Positions 8,161 through 17,109 of a DNA stretch of 30,143 nucleotides are shown in pieces. The number at the start of each line of letters is the position of its first letter. Position 1 is the stretch's first letter. Position numbers and translations under genes: made by a program. Location of the stretch: positions 1-30,143 of the forward strand of contig JAFQRU010000011.1 in NCBI GenBank assembly GCA_017409915.1, written 5' to 3'. Under the pieces are notes generated by a model. It was not told the DNA's origin. It did not search any database and saw only the letters and a program-made list of their open reading frames with translations. This DNA comes from Clostridia bacterium. Lineage in GTDB: Bacteria; Bacillota; Clostridia; Monoglobales; Monoglobaceae.

Positions 8161-9091
8161 AATATACCTCTCCCTGATATTTCTCTAAAAGTTCCTCATC
8201 CCCCGTAACAAAAACCGCTGTCGCAAGGCAGTCAGCTATAAGCGAGCTTTCCATAGCCACCGTAACGCTGTCATAGTCCGCTTTATGGGGATAGCCTGTT
8301 TTGGGGTCAATAATATGATGATAGATTTCCCCGCCCTTTTCAAAATATCTCTGATAGTTTCCGCTGGTAACAACGGCACCATATTTTATATCAATGGTTT
8401 TTTCATAAGTCCCTGTGGGAGAAAATGGAACCTGAATTCCCACTCTCCATATTTTATATTCGCTTTTTGGATTTTCTCCAAAGCAAATAATGTTTCCCCC
8501 AAGGTCAATAATTCCGCCCGTCAGGTTAAACCTTTCCGCAACCTCTTTTGCCCTGTCCCCTGCATAGCCTTTTGCAATTCCCCCAAGGTCAATTCTTACC
8601 TCGTCTTTGGTTTTTATAACCTTACCGTCTTTTAAAATAATATTTTCATAGCCTACAAAATTAAGGCATTCCTTAATTTCTTCTTCTGTTGGAACTTTTG
8701 GGGTTTCCGCCGTGAAATTCCAAAGGGTTGTTAAGGGGGCAACGGTTATATCAAAAGCGCCTCCGCTTTCCTTGGCGATTTCCTGAGCAGTTTCTAAAAC
8801 CTCATAGGTGTCGGGGGAAACGGATATTTCCTCCCCTGCCTTTGAGGTGTTTATTCTATAAACATCAGAGGTTTCCTTATACATACTCATTAAATTTTCA
8901 ATGCGCCCGATTTCCTCAAAAACCGCCTCTGTTGCCTCACGGCTTTCGTCCCCATAGAAAGTCAGGGAGCAGGTGGTGTCAAGAAGAAACTGGGTCGCAG
9001 AAAACTCTTTTTCTCTGTTGCTTGCCAGGTATAGCCCTGCAAGAATAAAAACCACCATTAAGGCAATTAAAACCGTTTTTAATTTTTTCAT
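8138..9091 (-). CDS. apbE: FAD:protein FMN transferase (ApbE family)
   Basis: GGAFDITV, IDLGGIAKGYA, DLGGNI, TSGNYQRY, HHIIDPKTGYP and AD-x-LAT motifs. Confidence 0.93.
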   Translation of the reverse strand: MKKLKTVLIALMVVFILAGLYLASNREKEFSATQFLLDTTCSLTFYGDESREATEAVFEEIGRIENLMSMYKETSDVYRINTSKAGEEISVSPDTYEVLETAQEIAKESGGAFDITVAPLTTLWNFTAETPKVPTEEEIKECLNFVGYENIILKDGKVIKTKDEVRIDLGGIAKGYAGDRAKEVAERFNLTGGIIDLGGNIICFGENPKSEYKIWRVGIQVPFSPTGTYEKTIDIKYGAVVTSGNYQRYFEKGGEIYHHIIDPKTGYPHKADYDSVTVAMESSLIADCLATAVFVTGDEELLEKYQGEVYFEKAFKE

Positions 9092-9109
9092 AGCAGAGCC
9101 TCCTTTTAA

Positions 9110-10108
9110 TTATTTCATTATATCATAGTTGATGGGCGAATAAAACTTTTCGCGGATTTTTTCGTAATCCGTCTCTCCGCTTCCCAAAATCCACATAAGC
9201 TTGGTGTATGCCGCCTCAAAGTTCATATCATAAGTTTCTATAAGCTTAAATTCTTCCTTAACCTTTTTGCCGACAGCGTATATTTCCATATCACTGCCCT
9301 CGTTTGCAATCTGGGTTGTTATGACCACGCACTTTATCTTCTCGGAAGGTTTTTGCATTTCTTCATAAAAGGTCTCCAAAAGATATTCAGGAATTCCCCC
9401 TACCCCAAAGCTCTCAAAAATCAGGCAATCATAATTTTTAAAAAGATAGGACAGAATTTCCGGTTTCATATTTGGCGTAAATTTAAGCGTGCAGATACTG
9501 TCGCTCATATTATAGAAAAACTCTATTTCCCCTTGTGGTTTTATCTCAGTGAAAATTCTCTTGATTTCGCCATTTTCTATGGTGGCTTTATAAGGATAGT
9601 TGGTGCTTGAAAAGGCATTAAAACTTTTTGAGCGTTCCTTTCTCGCCCTTGTCCCGACAATAACCTTTCCGCCAAAAACAACACTTACCCCATAGGAATC
9701 GTCCGCTGATACATATATAAAGCTATCGAGAAGATTTTTCTTGGCATCGGTATCTTTCTCTGTTATTGGCTTTTGAGACCCTGTCAGAACTATGGGCTTT
9801 GGGCTGTTTTGAATCATATAGGAAAGAGCCGATGCGGTATAAGCAAGAGTGTCCGTCCCGTGAGTTATAACAAAGCCGTCAAACTCGTCATAGTTTTCTT
9901 CTATGGCTTTAACCGTTTTTCGCCAATGGGATATGGTTACATTTGTGCTGTCTATATTTGACACAAATAAAGTTTCAATATGGCATATCCCCTCTGCTTT
10001 GGGTATATAGGAAAGAATCTCCTCCGCCGTAAGAGAGGGAGCAAGTCCGTTTTCAGTTTCTCCGCAGGCAAGTGTCCCGCCTGTTGTTATTAAAAGAATC
10101 TTTTTCAT
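9110..10108 (-). CDS. ansA: Type I (cytoplasmic) L-asparaginase
   Basis: TTGGTL, HGTDTLAY and PIVLTGSQ motifs; no signal peptide. Confidence 0.92.
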   Translation of the reverse strand: MKKILLITTGGTLACGETENGLAPSLTAEEILSYIPKAEGICHIETLFVSNIDSTNVTISHWRKTVKAIEENYDEFDGFVITHGTDTLAYTASALSYMIQNSPKPIVLTGSQKPITEKDTDAKKNLLDSFIYVSADDSYGVSVVFGGKVIVGTRARKERSKSFNAFSSTNYPYKATIENGEIKRIFTEIKPQGEIEFFYNMSDSICTLKFTPNMKPEILSYLFKNYDCLIFESFGVGGIPEYLLETFYEEMQKPSEKIKCVVITTQIANEGSDMEIYAVGKKVKEEFKLIETYDMNFEAAYTKLMWILGSGETDYEKIREKFYSPINYDIMK

Positions 10109-10156
10109 TTTCCCCCTCCTGTTTTTTAATTCCTCGTGTCAAGACTGGGTAGAATG

Positions 10157-10348
10157 TTATTCTCCTTTATATTCAGGCATAACAAGAGCCGCAATAATAT
10201 ACGCAATTATTCCTGAGCCGCCGAGGACGGTAAATAGCACCCATGCAAGACGGACAATCGTAACATCAATTTCAAAGTATTCGGCTATTCCGCCGCATAC
10301 CCCTGAGATTTTCTTTTCAACTGTTGATTTATAAAGTTTCTTTTTCAT
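10157..10348 (-). CDS. PspC domain protein
   Basis: KKLYKS...KISGVCGGIAEYF...IVRL...AYIIAALVMP. Confidence 0.92.
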   Translation of the reverse strand: MKKKLYKSTVEKKISGVCGGIAEYFEIDVTIVRLAWVLFTVLGGSGIIAYIIAALVMPEYKGE

Positions 10349-10385
10349 AATATTCCCTCCAAAATCAATTCCTTATTCTTTCTTA

Positions 10386-10414
10386 ATTATACCAATTCAT
10401 AAAAATAAAGTCAA
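10386..10414 (-). promoter_or_regulatory. SigA-type promoter for the pspC-ansA-apbE operon
   Basis: TTGACT-17 nt-TATAAT with an extended -10 TG. Confidence 0.75.
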
Positions 10415-10441
10415 CAAAAAAGGGACGCATATGCGTCCCTT
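10415..10441 (-). terminator. rnpB terminator
   Basis: Perfect palindrome AAGGGACGCATATGCGTCCCTT followed by a T-run on the minus strand. Confidence 0.85.
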
Positions 10442-10455
10442 AATTTTTAAAATAA

Positions 10456-10797
10456 TCAGTCGGTCTGTAAGCCGAGTTTTGTCATTTAAGACGGTCATCT
10501 ATCTAATATACGCATCACTGCGTATCTTAAGCCACCTTCCCGGGAGATGTCGGGCCGACTTAGCCTCCTCTATCAGGTGTTGCTTCGAGTGGGGTTTACA
10601 TCATCAGCAAGTCGCCATGCTGTGGGTGAGCTCTTACCTCGCCTTTCCACCCTTACCACTTTCGTGGCGGTATATTTCTGTTGCACTTTCCTTGAAGTCG
10701 CCTTCACAAGGTGTTACCTTGCACCCTGCCCTATGAAGCTCGGACTTTCCTCACGCACAGGATTACTCCTTATGCCCGCGACCGTCCAACCAACTGA
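10456..10797 (-). ncRNA. rnpB: RNase P RNA (bacterial, probably type A)
   Basis: The minus strand carries GAGGAAAGTCCGAGC, AGTGCAACAGAAA, GGTAAGAGC, TAAACCCC, AGATAGATGAC and ACAAAACTCGGCTTA. P1 pairs TCAGTTGGTT with GACCGACTGA. Confidence 0.97.
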
Positions 10798-10806
10798 ATT
10801 TAAAAA

Positions 10807-11967
10807 CTATTTATAAAGATTAACTCTTATAACGCCGTCAATTGCCTTGATATCCTCAACAAGCTTATCGTTGCAGGAAGCTGCGTCAAGCATTGTATAT
10901 GCATAATCCCCACAGCTCTTGCTTGTCATATTGTCGATATTAACTCCGTCCTGGGAGAAAACATCAGAAATCTGAGTAAGCATTGATGGAATATTCTTAT
11001 GGATAACAGCAATTCTGTCGCCGCTTACCTGTCCCATATTAACATTTGGGAAGTTTACGGAGTTGGTTATATTACCGTTTTCAAGATAATCCTTAATCTC
11101 CATAGCAGCCATAACAGCACAGTTATCTTCACTCTCAGGTGTTGAAGCTCCTAAGTGAGGAAGAGAAATAACATTCTCGTTCTTTAAGAGTTGCTCTGTT
11201 GCAAAGTCTGTTACATAAGCTGCAAGTGTTCCGTCTGCTAATGCTTTCTCAACTGCATCGTCACAAACAAGCTCGCCTCTTGAGAAGTTTAAGAGTCTTG
11301 TGCCTTTCTTCATCTTTGCAAATGTTTCGTCATTGAACATTCCCTTTGTATCCTTGTTTGCAGGGATATGAACTGTTATATAATCGCTGTTTGCATAAAT
11401 ATCATCAAGAGAGAGTGCCTTTTTAGCCGCTCTTGTAACATTCCAAGCCGCTTCAACAGATAAGAATGGGTCATATGCAATAACATTCATTCCAAGGGCG
11501 TGTGCCGCATTGGCAACCTTAACACCGATTGCACCAAGGCCGATAATGCCGAGGGTTTTGCCCATAATTTCAGGGCCGGCAAAGTTTGACTTGCCTTTTT
11601 CAACAAGCTTACCAACATTTTCGCCCTCGCCGATTAAAGTCTTTGCCCAATTTGCACCCTGAACGATTTTTCTTGAAGCAAGGAGAAGGCCTGCAATAAC
11701 AAGCTCCTTAACTGCGTTTGCGTTAGCACCTGGTGTGTTGAAAACAACGATGCCTTCTTCACTGCACTTTTCAATAGGAATATTGTTAACGCCTGCGCCT
11801 GCTCTTGCAACTGCTTTAAGGCTAGCTGGAAGCTCCATTTCGTGCATATTAAAGCTTCGAAGAATTATACCGTCAGGATTTTCAATCTCGTCTGCGCAAG
11901 TATATTTTTCGTCTAATATATCAAGACCTATTTTTGCGATTTTATTAAGTGTCTGAATTTTAAACAT
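10807..11967 (-). CDS. serA: D-3-phosphoglycerate dehydrogenase with C-terminal ACT domain
   Basis: ARAGAGVNNI, NTPGANANAV, GIIGLGAIG, NFSRG and PHLGAST motifs; lies downstream of serC. Confidence 0.93.
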   Translation of the reverse strand: MFKIQTLNKIAKIGLDILDEKYTCADEIENPDGIILRSFNMHEMELPASLKAVARAGAGVNNIPIEKCSEEGIVVFNTPGANANAVKELVIAGLLLASRKIVQGANWAKTLIGEGENVGKLVEKGKSNFAGPEIMGKTLGIIGLGAIGVKVANAAHALGMNVIAYDPFLSVEAAWNVTRAAKKALSLDDIYANSDYITVHIPANKDTKGMFNDETFAKMKKGTRLLNFSRGELVCDDAVEKALADGTLAAYVTDFATEQLLKNENVISLPHLGASTPESEDNCAVMAAMEIKDYLENGNITNSVNFPNVNMGQVSGDRIAVIHKNIPSMLTQISDVFSQDGVNIDNMTSKSCGDYAYTMLDAASCNDKLVEDIKAIDGVIRVNLYK

Positions 11968-11983
11968 TTGAAACTGCCTCCAA

Positions 11984-13063
11984 TTACTTATTTTCCATCT
12001 CGAACTTCTTCATAAAGTCGATAAGTGCTTTAACGCCCTCAATTGGCATAGCGTTATAGATACTTGCTCTCATACCGCCAACTGATCTGTGGCCCTTAAT
12101 GTTAACAAAGCCGGCTGCCTTAGATTCAGCAACGAACTTAGCATCAAGCTCATCGTTTCCTGTAATAAACGGAACATTCATAAGTGAACGGTCTTTTGGA
12201 ACAACTGTGCCCTTAAACATTGAAGAATTATCAAGATACTCATAAAGCATCTTTGCCTTTTCTTCGTTTACTTTCTGCATAGCAGCAACACCGCCCATAC
12301 CGTCAATCCATTCGCAGATAAGACCGCAGATATAGATGCCGTATGTTGGAGGAGTGTTGAACATTGAACCGTTTTCAATGTGAGTTGTATAGTTAAGCAT
12401 TGTTGGTGTGATTTCGTTTGCCTGCCCAATCATATCATCTCTAACGATAACGATTGTAACACCGGCAGGACCCATATTCTTCTGTGCCCCTGCATAAATC
12501 ATACCGAACTTATTAACATCAACAACCTCAGAGCAAATCATTGAAGACATATCTGCAACGATTGGAGCTTTTGTTTCAGGAACGGATGTATATCTTGTTC
12601 CGTAGATAGTGTTGTTATATGTAATATGAACATAGTCAGCATCATCAGAGAACATAGACTTATCTAATTCAGGAATATAAGAGAATGTCTTATCAGCGCT
12701 TGATGCAACCTCATTAACTGTGATATATCTCTTAGCTTCAGCCATAGCCTTCTTAGACCATACGCCTGTTGTAACATAGTCTGCCTTTTTGTTCTTTGTT
12801 CCAAAGTTAAGAGGAACCATAGCAAACTGTGTTGAAGCACCGCCTTGAAGGAATAAAACCTTATAGTTTTCAGGAATACCCATAATCTTTCTAAGGGTTG
12901 CTTCTGTCTTGTCGATTATTGCCTGATATTCTTTTGAACGGTGGCTCATTTCCATAACGGACTGGCCGCTGCCGTTGCAATCAAGCATCTCCTTTTGTGC
13001 TCTTTCAAGGACCTCAATTGGAAGCATTGATGGACCTGCTGAAAAATTATAAACTCTGCTCAT
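11984..13063 (-). CDS. serC: Phosphoserine aminotransferase
   Basis: YNFSAGPS, MEMSHRS, FLQGGAS, YAGAQKNMGPAG, NTPP and GHRSVGGMRASIYNA motifs. Confidence 0.97.
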   Translation of the reverse strand: MSRVYNFSAGPSMLPIEVLERAQKEMLDCNGSGQSVMEMSHRSKEYQAIIDKTEATLRKIMGIPENYKVLFLQGGASTQFAMVPLNFGTKNKKADYVTTGVWSKKAMAEAKRYITVNEVASSADKTFSYIPELDKSMFSDDADYVHITYNNTIYGTRYTSVPETKAPIVADMSSMICSEVVDVNKFGMIYAGAQKNMGPAGVTIVIVRDDMIGQANEITPTMLNYTTHIENGSMFNTPPTYGIYICGLICEWIDGMGGVAAMQKVNEEKAKMLYEYLDNSSMFKGTVVPKDRSLMNVPFITGNDELDAKFVAESKAAGFVNIKGHRSVGGMRASIYNAMPIEGVKALIDFMKKFEMENK

Positions 13064-13124
13064 TTTCTATCTCTCCTTATTAAAACATAATAATATGCAT
13101 ATAAATATATTCAATATTCTCTCT

Positions 13125-13153
13125 ATTATATACCCATTTCCCAAATAAGTCAA
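13125..13153 (-). promoter_or_regulatory. SigA-type promoter for serC-serA(-rnpB)
   Basis: TTGACT-17 nt-TATAAT. Confidence 0.75.
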
Positions 13154-13521
13154 CTGATTGGAGGCTTTTTTTTGACAAAATTTTGACAAATAACATAAAT
13201 TCCGATTAAAAGCAAGAATACCCCGAAGAATTTTCTCAAAATTCCGTCTTCCATTCCTCTTGCAATATAAGAACCGAAAACTGCGCCGATGGCTCCCGTT
13301 CCGCCCATTATGAGAGCAGATTTTATCTCCACATTTTTATTTTTAATATGGACAATAAGGGCGCAGATTGCCGTTGGGATGAAATACACAAGGTTAATCC
13401 CCTGTGCCGTCTGCTGAGACACATCACGAAGAAGAACAAGAGCAGGGATTAAAATTGCGCCACCGCCTATCCCCATTCCGCTTATTATTCCGCTTATAAA
13501 ACCGATTAAAATATTAATCAT
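13150..13521 (-). CDS. TSUP (TauE/SafE) family transporter, half-size
   Basis: SGMGIGGGAILIP, QQTAQGINL and several transmembrane segments. Confidence 0.88.
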   Translation of the reverse strand: MINILIGFISGIISGMGIGGGAILIPALVLLRDVSQQTAQGINLVYFIPTAICALIVHIKNKNVEIKSALIMGGTGAIGAVFGSYIARGMEDGILRKFFGVFLLLIGIYVICQNFVKKKPPIS

Positions 13522-13530
13522 TTTGCCCTC

Positions 13531-13881
13531 CTAAAATATCATTTTCATTGCAGTTATGATTATAAATATTCCGAAAATGCTCCTAAGCCATTTTCCCGAT
13601 ATTTTGGAAAGAAGAAATCCACCAAAAAGTCCGCCTGCGCTTCCCCCTATTGTAACGGGGAGCCAGAGGGAAAAATCAAACTTTCCGCCCATTATATAAA
13701 TAACCGCCGAAACGATAGAAATTATAAGGATCACACCCACAGCTGTTGCGTGGGCTTTCTTTTGGGAAAATCCTAGAAATTTTTCAGCCGCAGGGACAAC
13801 AATGCACCCTCCTCCCGCTCCGAAAAGACCGTTTAAAACACCCGACAAAAGTCCTATTATGATTTCCTTTTTATATTTCAT
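13531..13881 (-). CDS. TSUP (TauE/SafE) family transporter, half-size
   Basis: NGLFGAGGG-x-IVVP and QKKAHATA motifs. The start MKYK follows GGAGGAG. Confidence 0.88.
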   Translation of the reverse strand: MKYKKEIIIGLLSGVLNGLFGAGGGCIVVPAAEKFLGFSQKKAHATAVGVILIISIVSAVIYIMGGKFDFSLWLPVTIGGSAGGLFGGFLLSKISGKWLRSIFGIFIIITAMKMIF

Positions 13882-13891
13882 TTTCTCCTCC

Positions 13892-13958
13892 AAAAAATAA
13901 AGCCACAGTTCGGCGGTGTTCCTTAGGAGCATCGCCGTTTCCTCTGTGGCTATTTTTT
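13892..13958. promoter_or_regulatory. Extended two-tier stem-loop in the TSUP leader
   Basis: Outer stem AGCCACAG/CTGTGGCT and a 12-bp inner stem CGGCGGTGTTCC/GGAGCATCGCCG, flanked by A/T runs. Confidence 0.55.
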
Positions 13959-13973
13959 GTATATTATTAAATT

Positions 13974-14909
13974 TTATTCCAAAACAGTTTTATACTTTTC
14001 CATTTCTTTTGGATTTTCACGGATTTTTTTGATTATTCCGTCACGAAGACCTGCATCCGTTATATAAAGCATTGGACTTTTAAGTTTTGTCATCAACACT
14101 TTAAGAGGCAAAACTCCCCCTAAGATTATGTCTGCTCGGTCAGGAGTTATGCCGTTTATTTTAAGCCTTTCCTCTGCCGGTGCAACCTCTATCCTTGAAA
14201 TTATTTCCACAACCTCATCATAATCCATAATGAGCTTATCAATCAGAAAGTCAGGTCCTATACTTTCAAGGTATATTTTGCCCACTGTCCTGTTGGAGCC
14301 TCCAATGCCTATAACAGAAAAGCCATAAAGACTTTCCAGCCAAGGAATTCCATCTATTATTTTTTCTATTTCTTCCTTTGCTTTTTCTATACCGCATGGA
14401 GTTTCGCCGCCCCCAAAAAACAGTTCTTTTATACTTCTTGAACCTATGGGAACGCTTACCGCTCCCACGATTTTGCCCGCTTTAACCCCAATAAATTCAG
14501 TGCTTCCGCCACCTGTATCTAAAATCAGAGCATCCTTTATCCCTGTTTTATCAAGGACACCAATGCAGTCAAGTTCCGCCTCTTCTTCCCCTGTTAAAAC
14601 AAAGATTTCTATTCCCGTTTCCTGCTTTATAAAATCAAGAAATTCCTTTTGGTTATAAGCCTTGCGGACTGCTGCTGTGGCAAAGGCATAAATTTCTTTT
14701 ACTTCAAACCTTTTTGAGATTTCTTTTATTTGGAGAAAAGCCTCTTTGCATCTTTTCTTCGGCTCTTCTTTAAGGAGCATATCGTGGTTCATTCCCTGGC
14801 TGAGCATTATGGGATTTTTACCTATATAAACGACTTCCCCACTCTCCTTTTTTGCAACGCTCACTCTTACAGAGTTAGAGCCAAGGTCAATAACAGCGAT
14901 GTTTGTCAT
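13974..14909 (-). CDS. ppx: Ppx/GppA family exopolyphosphatase (no HD domain)
   Basis: IDLGSNSVR, ATAAVR, GEEEA, DTGGGSTE, RADIILGG and GLRDG motifs. Confidence 0.9.
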   Translation of the reverse strand: MTNIAVIDLGSNSVRVSVAKKESGEVVYIGKNPIMLSQGMNHDMLLKEEPKKRCKEAFLQIKEISKRFEVKEIYAFATAAVRKAYNQKEFLDFIKQETGIEIFVLTGEEEAELDCIGVLDKTGIKDALILDTGGGSTEFIGVKAGKIVGAVSVPIGSRSIKELFFGGGETPCGIEKAKEEIEKIIDGIPWLESLYGFSVIGIGGSNRTVGKIYLESIGPDFLIDKLIMDYDEVVEIISRIEVAPAEERLKINGITPDRADIILGGVLPLKVLMTKLKSPMLYITDAGLRDGIIKKIRENPKEMEKYKTVLE

Positions 14910-14942
14910 TTTTATCACCTCGCATAGGTTTTTGTTTATGCT

Positions 14943-14971
14943 ATTTTATCACATACGCCGAAAATATTCAA
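14943..14971 (-). promoter_or_regulatory. SigA-type promoter for ppx-TSUP
   Basis: TTGAAT-17 nt-TAAAAT with an extended -10 TG. Confidence 0.6.
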
Positions 14972-14986
14972 GTATCCTCTAAAAGG

Positions 14987-15015
14987 TTGACAAAAATTTT
15001 TAAAAGGTGTAAAAT
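14987..15015 (+). promoter_or_regulatory. SigA-type promoter for niaX
   Basis: TTGACA-17 nt-TAAAAT with an extended -10 TG. Confidence 0.75.
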
Positions 15016-15055
15016 AATGACAATATATTTGAAATCACATAAAGAGGTGTTTTGT

Positions 15056-15565
15056 ATGTCAAAAAAAGTATCTACAAAAACATTGGTATTCGGAGCTTTG
15101 CTTACGGCTTTATCATTTATAATCCCGCTTACTTTTCCAAAGCTTCCTCTCCCACAGCCATTCAGCGTAACTTTCGCATCCCATGTGCCAACACTTCTCG
15201 CTATGCTGATTAGTCCTGTTATGGCTGCATTTACTGTTTTAGGCTCAACCATTGCATTTTTGGTGTCCTTAGGACCTATTGTTTCCCTTCGTGCGGCAAG
15301 TCATATCATCTTTGTTGCCATTGGTTGCATGATGCTTAAAAAGGGAGTTAATATGTATCTGACATTAGGCCTTATGTCTCTTGTTCACGCTCTTGGAGAG
15401 GTTATTGCAGTTTACGCTTTCACTCCAACAGTTGAGCTTACTGCAAAAGGCGGTATGGTTTTCCTTTGGGGAACAGTTTTCGGAATAACAATTTTCCACC
15501 ACATTGTTGACTGCGTTATAACAGTTCCCGTTTTCAAGGCTCTTAAAAAAGCAAAACTTTTATAA
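15056..15565 (+). CDS. niaX: ECF transporter S-component, NiaX (niacin)-like
   Basis: FASHVPTLLAMLISP, RAASHIIF and IFHHIVD motifs. The true start is MSKK after GAGGTG; the ORF-track start at 14903 is overextended. Confidence 0.75.
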   Translation: MSKKVSTKTLVFGALLTALSFIIPLTFPKLPLPQPFSVTFASHVPTLLAMLISPVMAAFTVLGSTIAFLVSLGPIVSLRAASHIIFVAIGCMMLKKGVNMYLTLGLMSLVHALGEVIAVYAFTPTVELTAKGGMVFLWGTVFGITIFHHIVDCVITVPVFKALKKAKLL

Positions 15566-15577
15566 TCAGAAAAATTT

Positions 15578-15613
15578 AAAAGGCAGAAACGATCTTTCGT
15601 TTCTGCCTTTTTT
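15578..15613. terminator. Bidirectional intrinsic terminator
   Basis: AAAAGGCAGAAACG-atcttt-CGTTTCTGCCTTTTTT. Confidence 0.9.
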
Positions 15614-15614
15614 G

Positions 15615-16925
15615 TTATTCTTCTTCAATCTTTTCTTTAATTTCAACGGAGATTTCCTGAGCCATCAAGTCATTGGCTTTTGTTACGGTCATAACAACAT
15701 TTTCATATTCAAAAACAAAGCCCACATCAGGGATGTTTTCGCTATGCTCCGTAAGCCAGCCATTAACCGTTGTTGCCTCAGACTCCTCATCGGGGGTAAG
15801 GTCAAAGAATTCGTAAAAATCTTCTGTTGAGGTAGTTGATAAAACGGTATATAAATTATCGCTTATCTGAACAATATTGTCGATTTCCTCGTCTCTTTCG
15901 TCCCAGATTTCGCCGACTAACTCTTCGATTATATCTTCCATAGTAACAACACCTGACGGAACGCCGAATTCGTTAACGACAACCACCATATGAATATGTT
16001 CTGTCTGCATATCCTTAAAAAGAACATCAAGGTGGATTGTTTCAGGAACATAGCTTGGGGAAACCATAGCATCTTCAAGCTTAAATCCGTCTTTCCTGTG
16101 TTTTAAAAGATAGTCTCTTGCATATAAAATGCCAACAATCTCGTCTGCTGTATCTTTATATACGGGAATTCTTGAATATCCCTCATTTTCGATGGTTGCA
16201 AGGATTTCTTCTTCCGTTGCATCGTCCGCTATAAAGGTTATAGCCTTTCGCGGGGTCATAATGTCTGCCGCCGTGAGATTATCAAGCTTAAAGACATTTT
16301 TTATATACTCAATGTCGTCCTGGTCTAATGTTCCCTCGTCTGCGCCGGCATCAAGCATTATAACAATATCCTCTTCGGAAACCGCCTCGTCTTTTTCCTT
16401 AGGGTCAATCCCGAAAAGCCTTAAACAGCCGTTTGTTGAGATTGTTAAAAGCCAGATGATAGGTCTTAAAACAAGAGAGAGACCCGATATAAAACCGCAA
16501 ACCACTTCCGCAAGTTTTTCCTTATGGCGCATAGCAATACGCTTTGGCACAAGCTCCCCTAAAACCAGGGTAAAGAACGAAAGAATAAGGGTTATTATAA
16601 TAACCGAAAGGGACTCGATTATTCCAACACTTGCCTCTGATATTTCAAAGGTTTTTGTAAGAAAATCTGCTAAAAGTCCTGCAAAGTTATCAGCCGCAAA
16701 AGCTGAGCCTAAAAACCCTGCAAGGGTAATCCCTACCTGTATTGTAGATAAAAACGCTGTTGGCGATTCTATCATTTTAAGCATTTTAACCGCTTTTTTG
16801 TCACCCTCCTCAGCTCTTGCCTTAACCTTTTTCTCATTAAGAGAAATAACGGCAATTTCCGTGGCGGCGAAAAAAGCATTAAGCAAAATCAAAATAAGTT
16901 GTAATAACAACTGTCTGAAAATCAT
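15615..16925 (-). CDS. CNNM/HlyC-CorC family transporter (DUF21-CBS-CBS-CorC), probably in Mg2+ homeostasis
   Basis: NAFFAATEIA, GELVPKRIA, DIMTPR, GYSRIPVY and GVVTMEDIIEELVGEI motifs. The start MIFR follows GGAGGAG. Confidence 0.92.
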   Translation of the reverse strand: MIFRQLLLQLILILLNAFFAATEIAVISLNEKKVKARAEEGDKKAVKMLKMIESPTAFLSTIQVGITLAGFLGSAFAADNFAGLLADFLTKTFEISEASVGIIESLSVIIITLILSFFTLVLGELVPKRIAMRHKEKLAEVVCGFISGLSLVLRPIIWLLTISTNGCLRLFGIDPKEKDEAVSEEDIVIMLDAGADEGTLDQDDIEYIKNVFKLDNLTAADIMTPRKAITFIADDATEEEILATIENEGYSRIPVYKDTADEIVGILYARDYLLKHRKDGFKLEDAMVSPSYVPETIHLDVLFKDMQTEHIHMVVVVNEFGVPSGVVTMEDIIEELVGEIWDERDEEIDNIVQISDNLYTVLSTTSTEDFYEFFDLTPDEESEATTVNGWLTEHSENIPDVGFVFEYENVVMTVTKANDLMAQEISVEIKEKIEEE

Positions 16926-16972
16926 ATTTCTCCTCCAAATTATCTGTTGTTTTTCCAAAGATTAACTTTCTT

Positions 16973-17062
16973 TTAGCAACGGCGCCATATTACGCGGTTT
17001 TGCCAAAGCCCAGAACAATTCAGAGGCAATTCATAATCGCTACTTCGAGGTAACGGGTCCAC
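16973..17062 (-). CDS. Putative MgtL-like leader peptide, 29 aa (MDPLPRSSDYELPLNCSGLWQNRVIWRRC)
   Basis: GTG start 10 nt after SD AAGGAG, located between the promoter and the CNNM gene. The N-terminus resembles enterobacterial MgtL. Confidence 0.55.
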   Translation of the reverse strand: MDPLPRSSDYELPLNCSGLWQNRVIWRRC

Positions 17063-17109
17063 TAAAAACCAACTCCTTAATATAATTGATTATATCATCA
17101 CAAATAGAT

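Noticed and set aside
10431-10816. Two plus-strand ORFs (101 and 89 aa)
   Set aside because: They lie antisense to RNase P RNA and are explained by it.
14995-15055. NiaR operator upstream of niaX
   Set aside because: There is only a partial AGGTGT...GACA resemblance and no proper palindrome.
16129-16965. 278-aa plus-strand ORF
   Set aside because: It is an antisense shadow of the CNNM gene, Ser/Ile-rich, with no SD or recognisable motifs.
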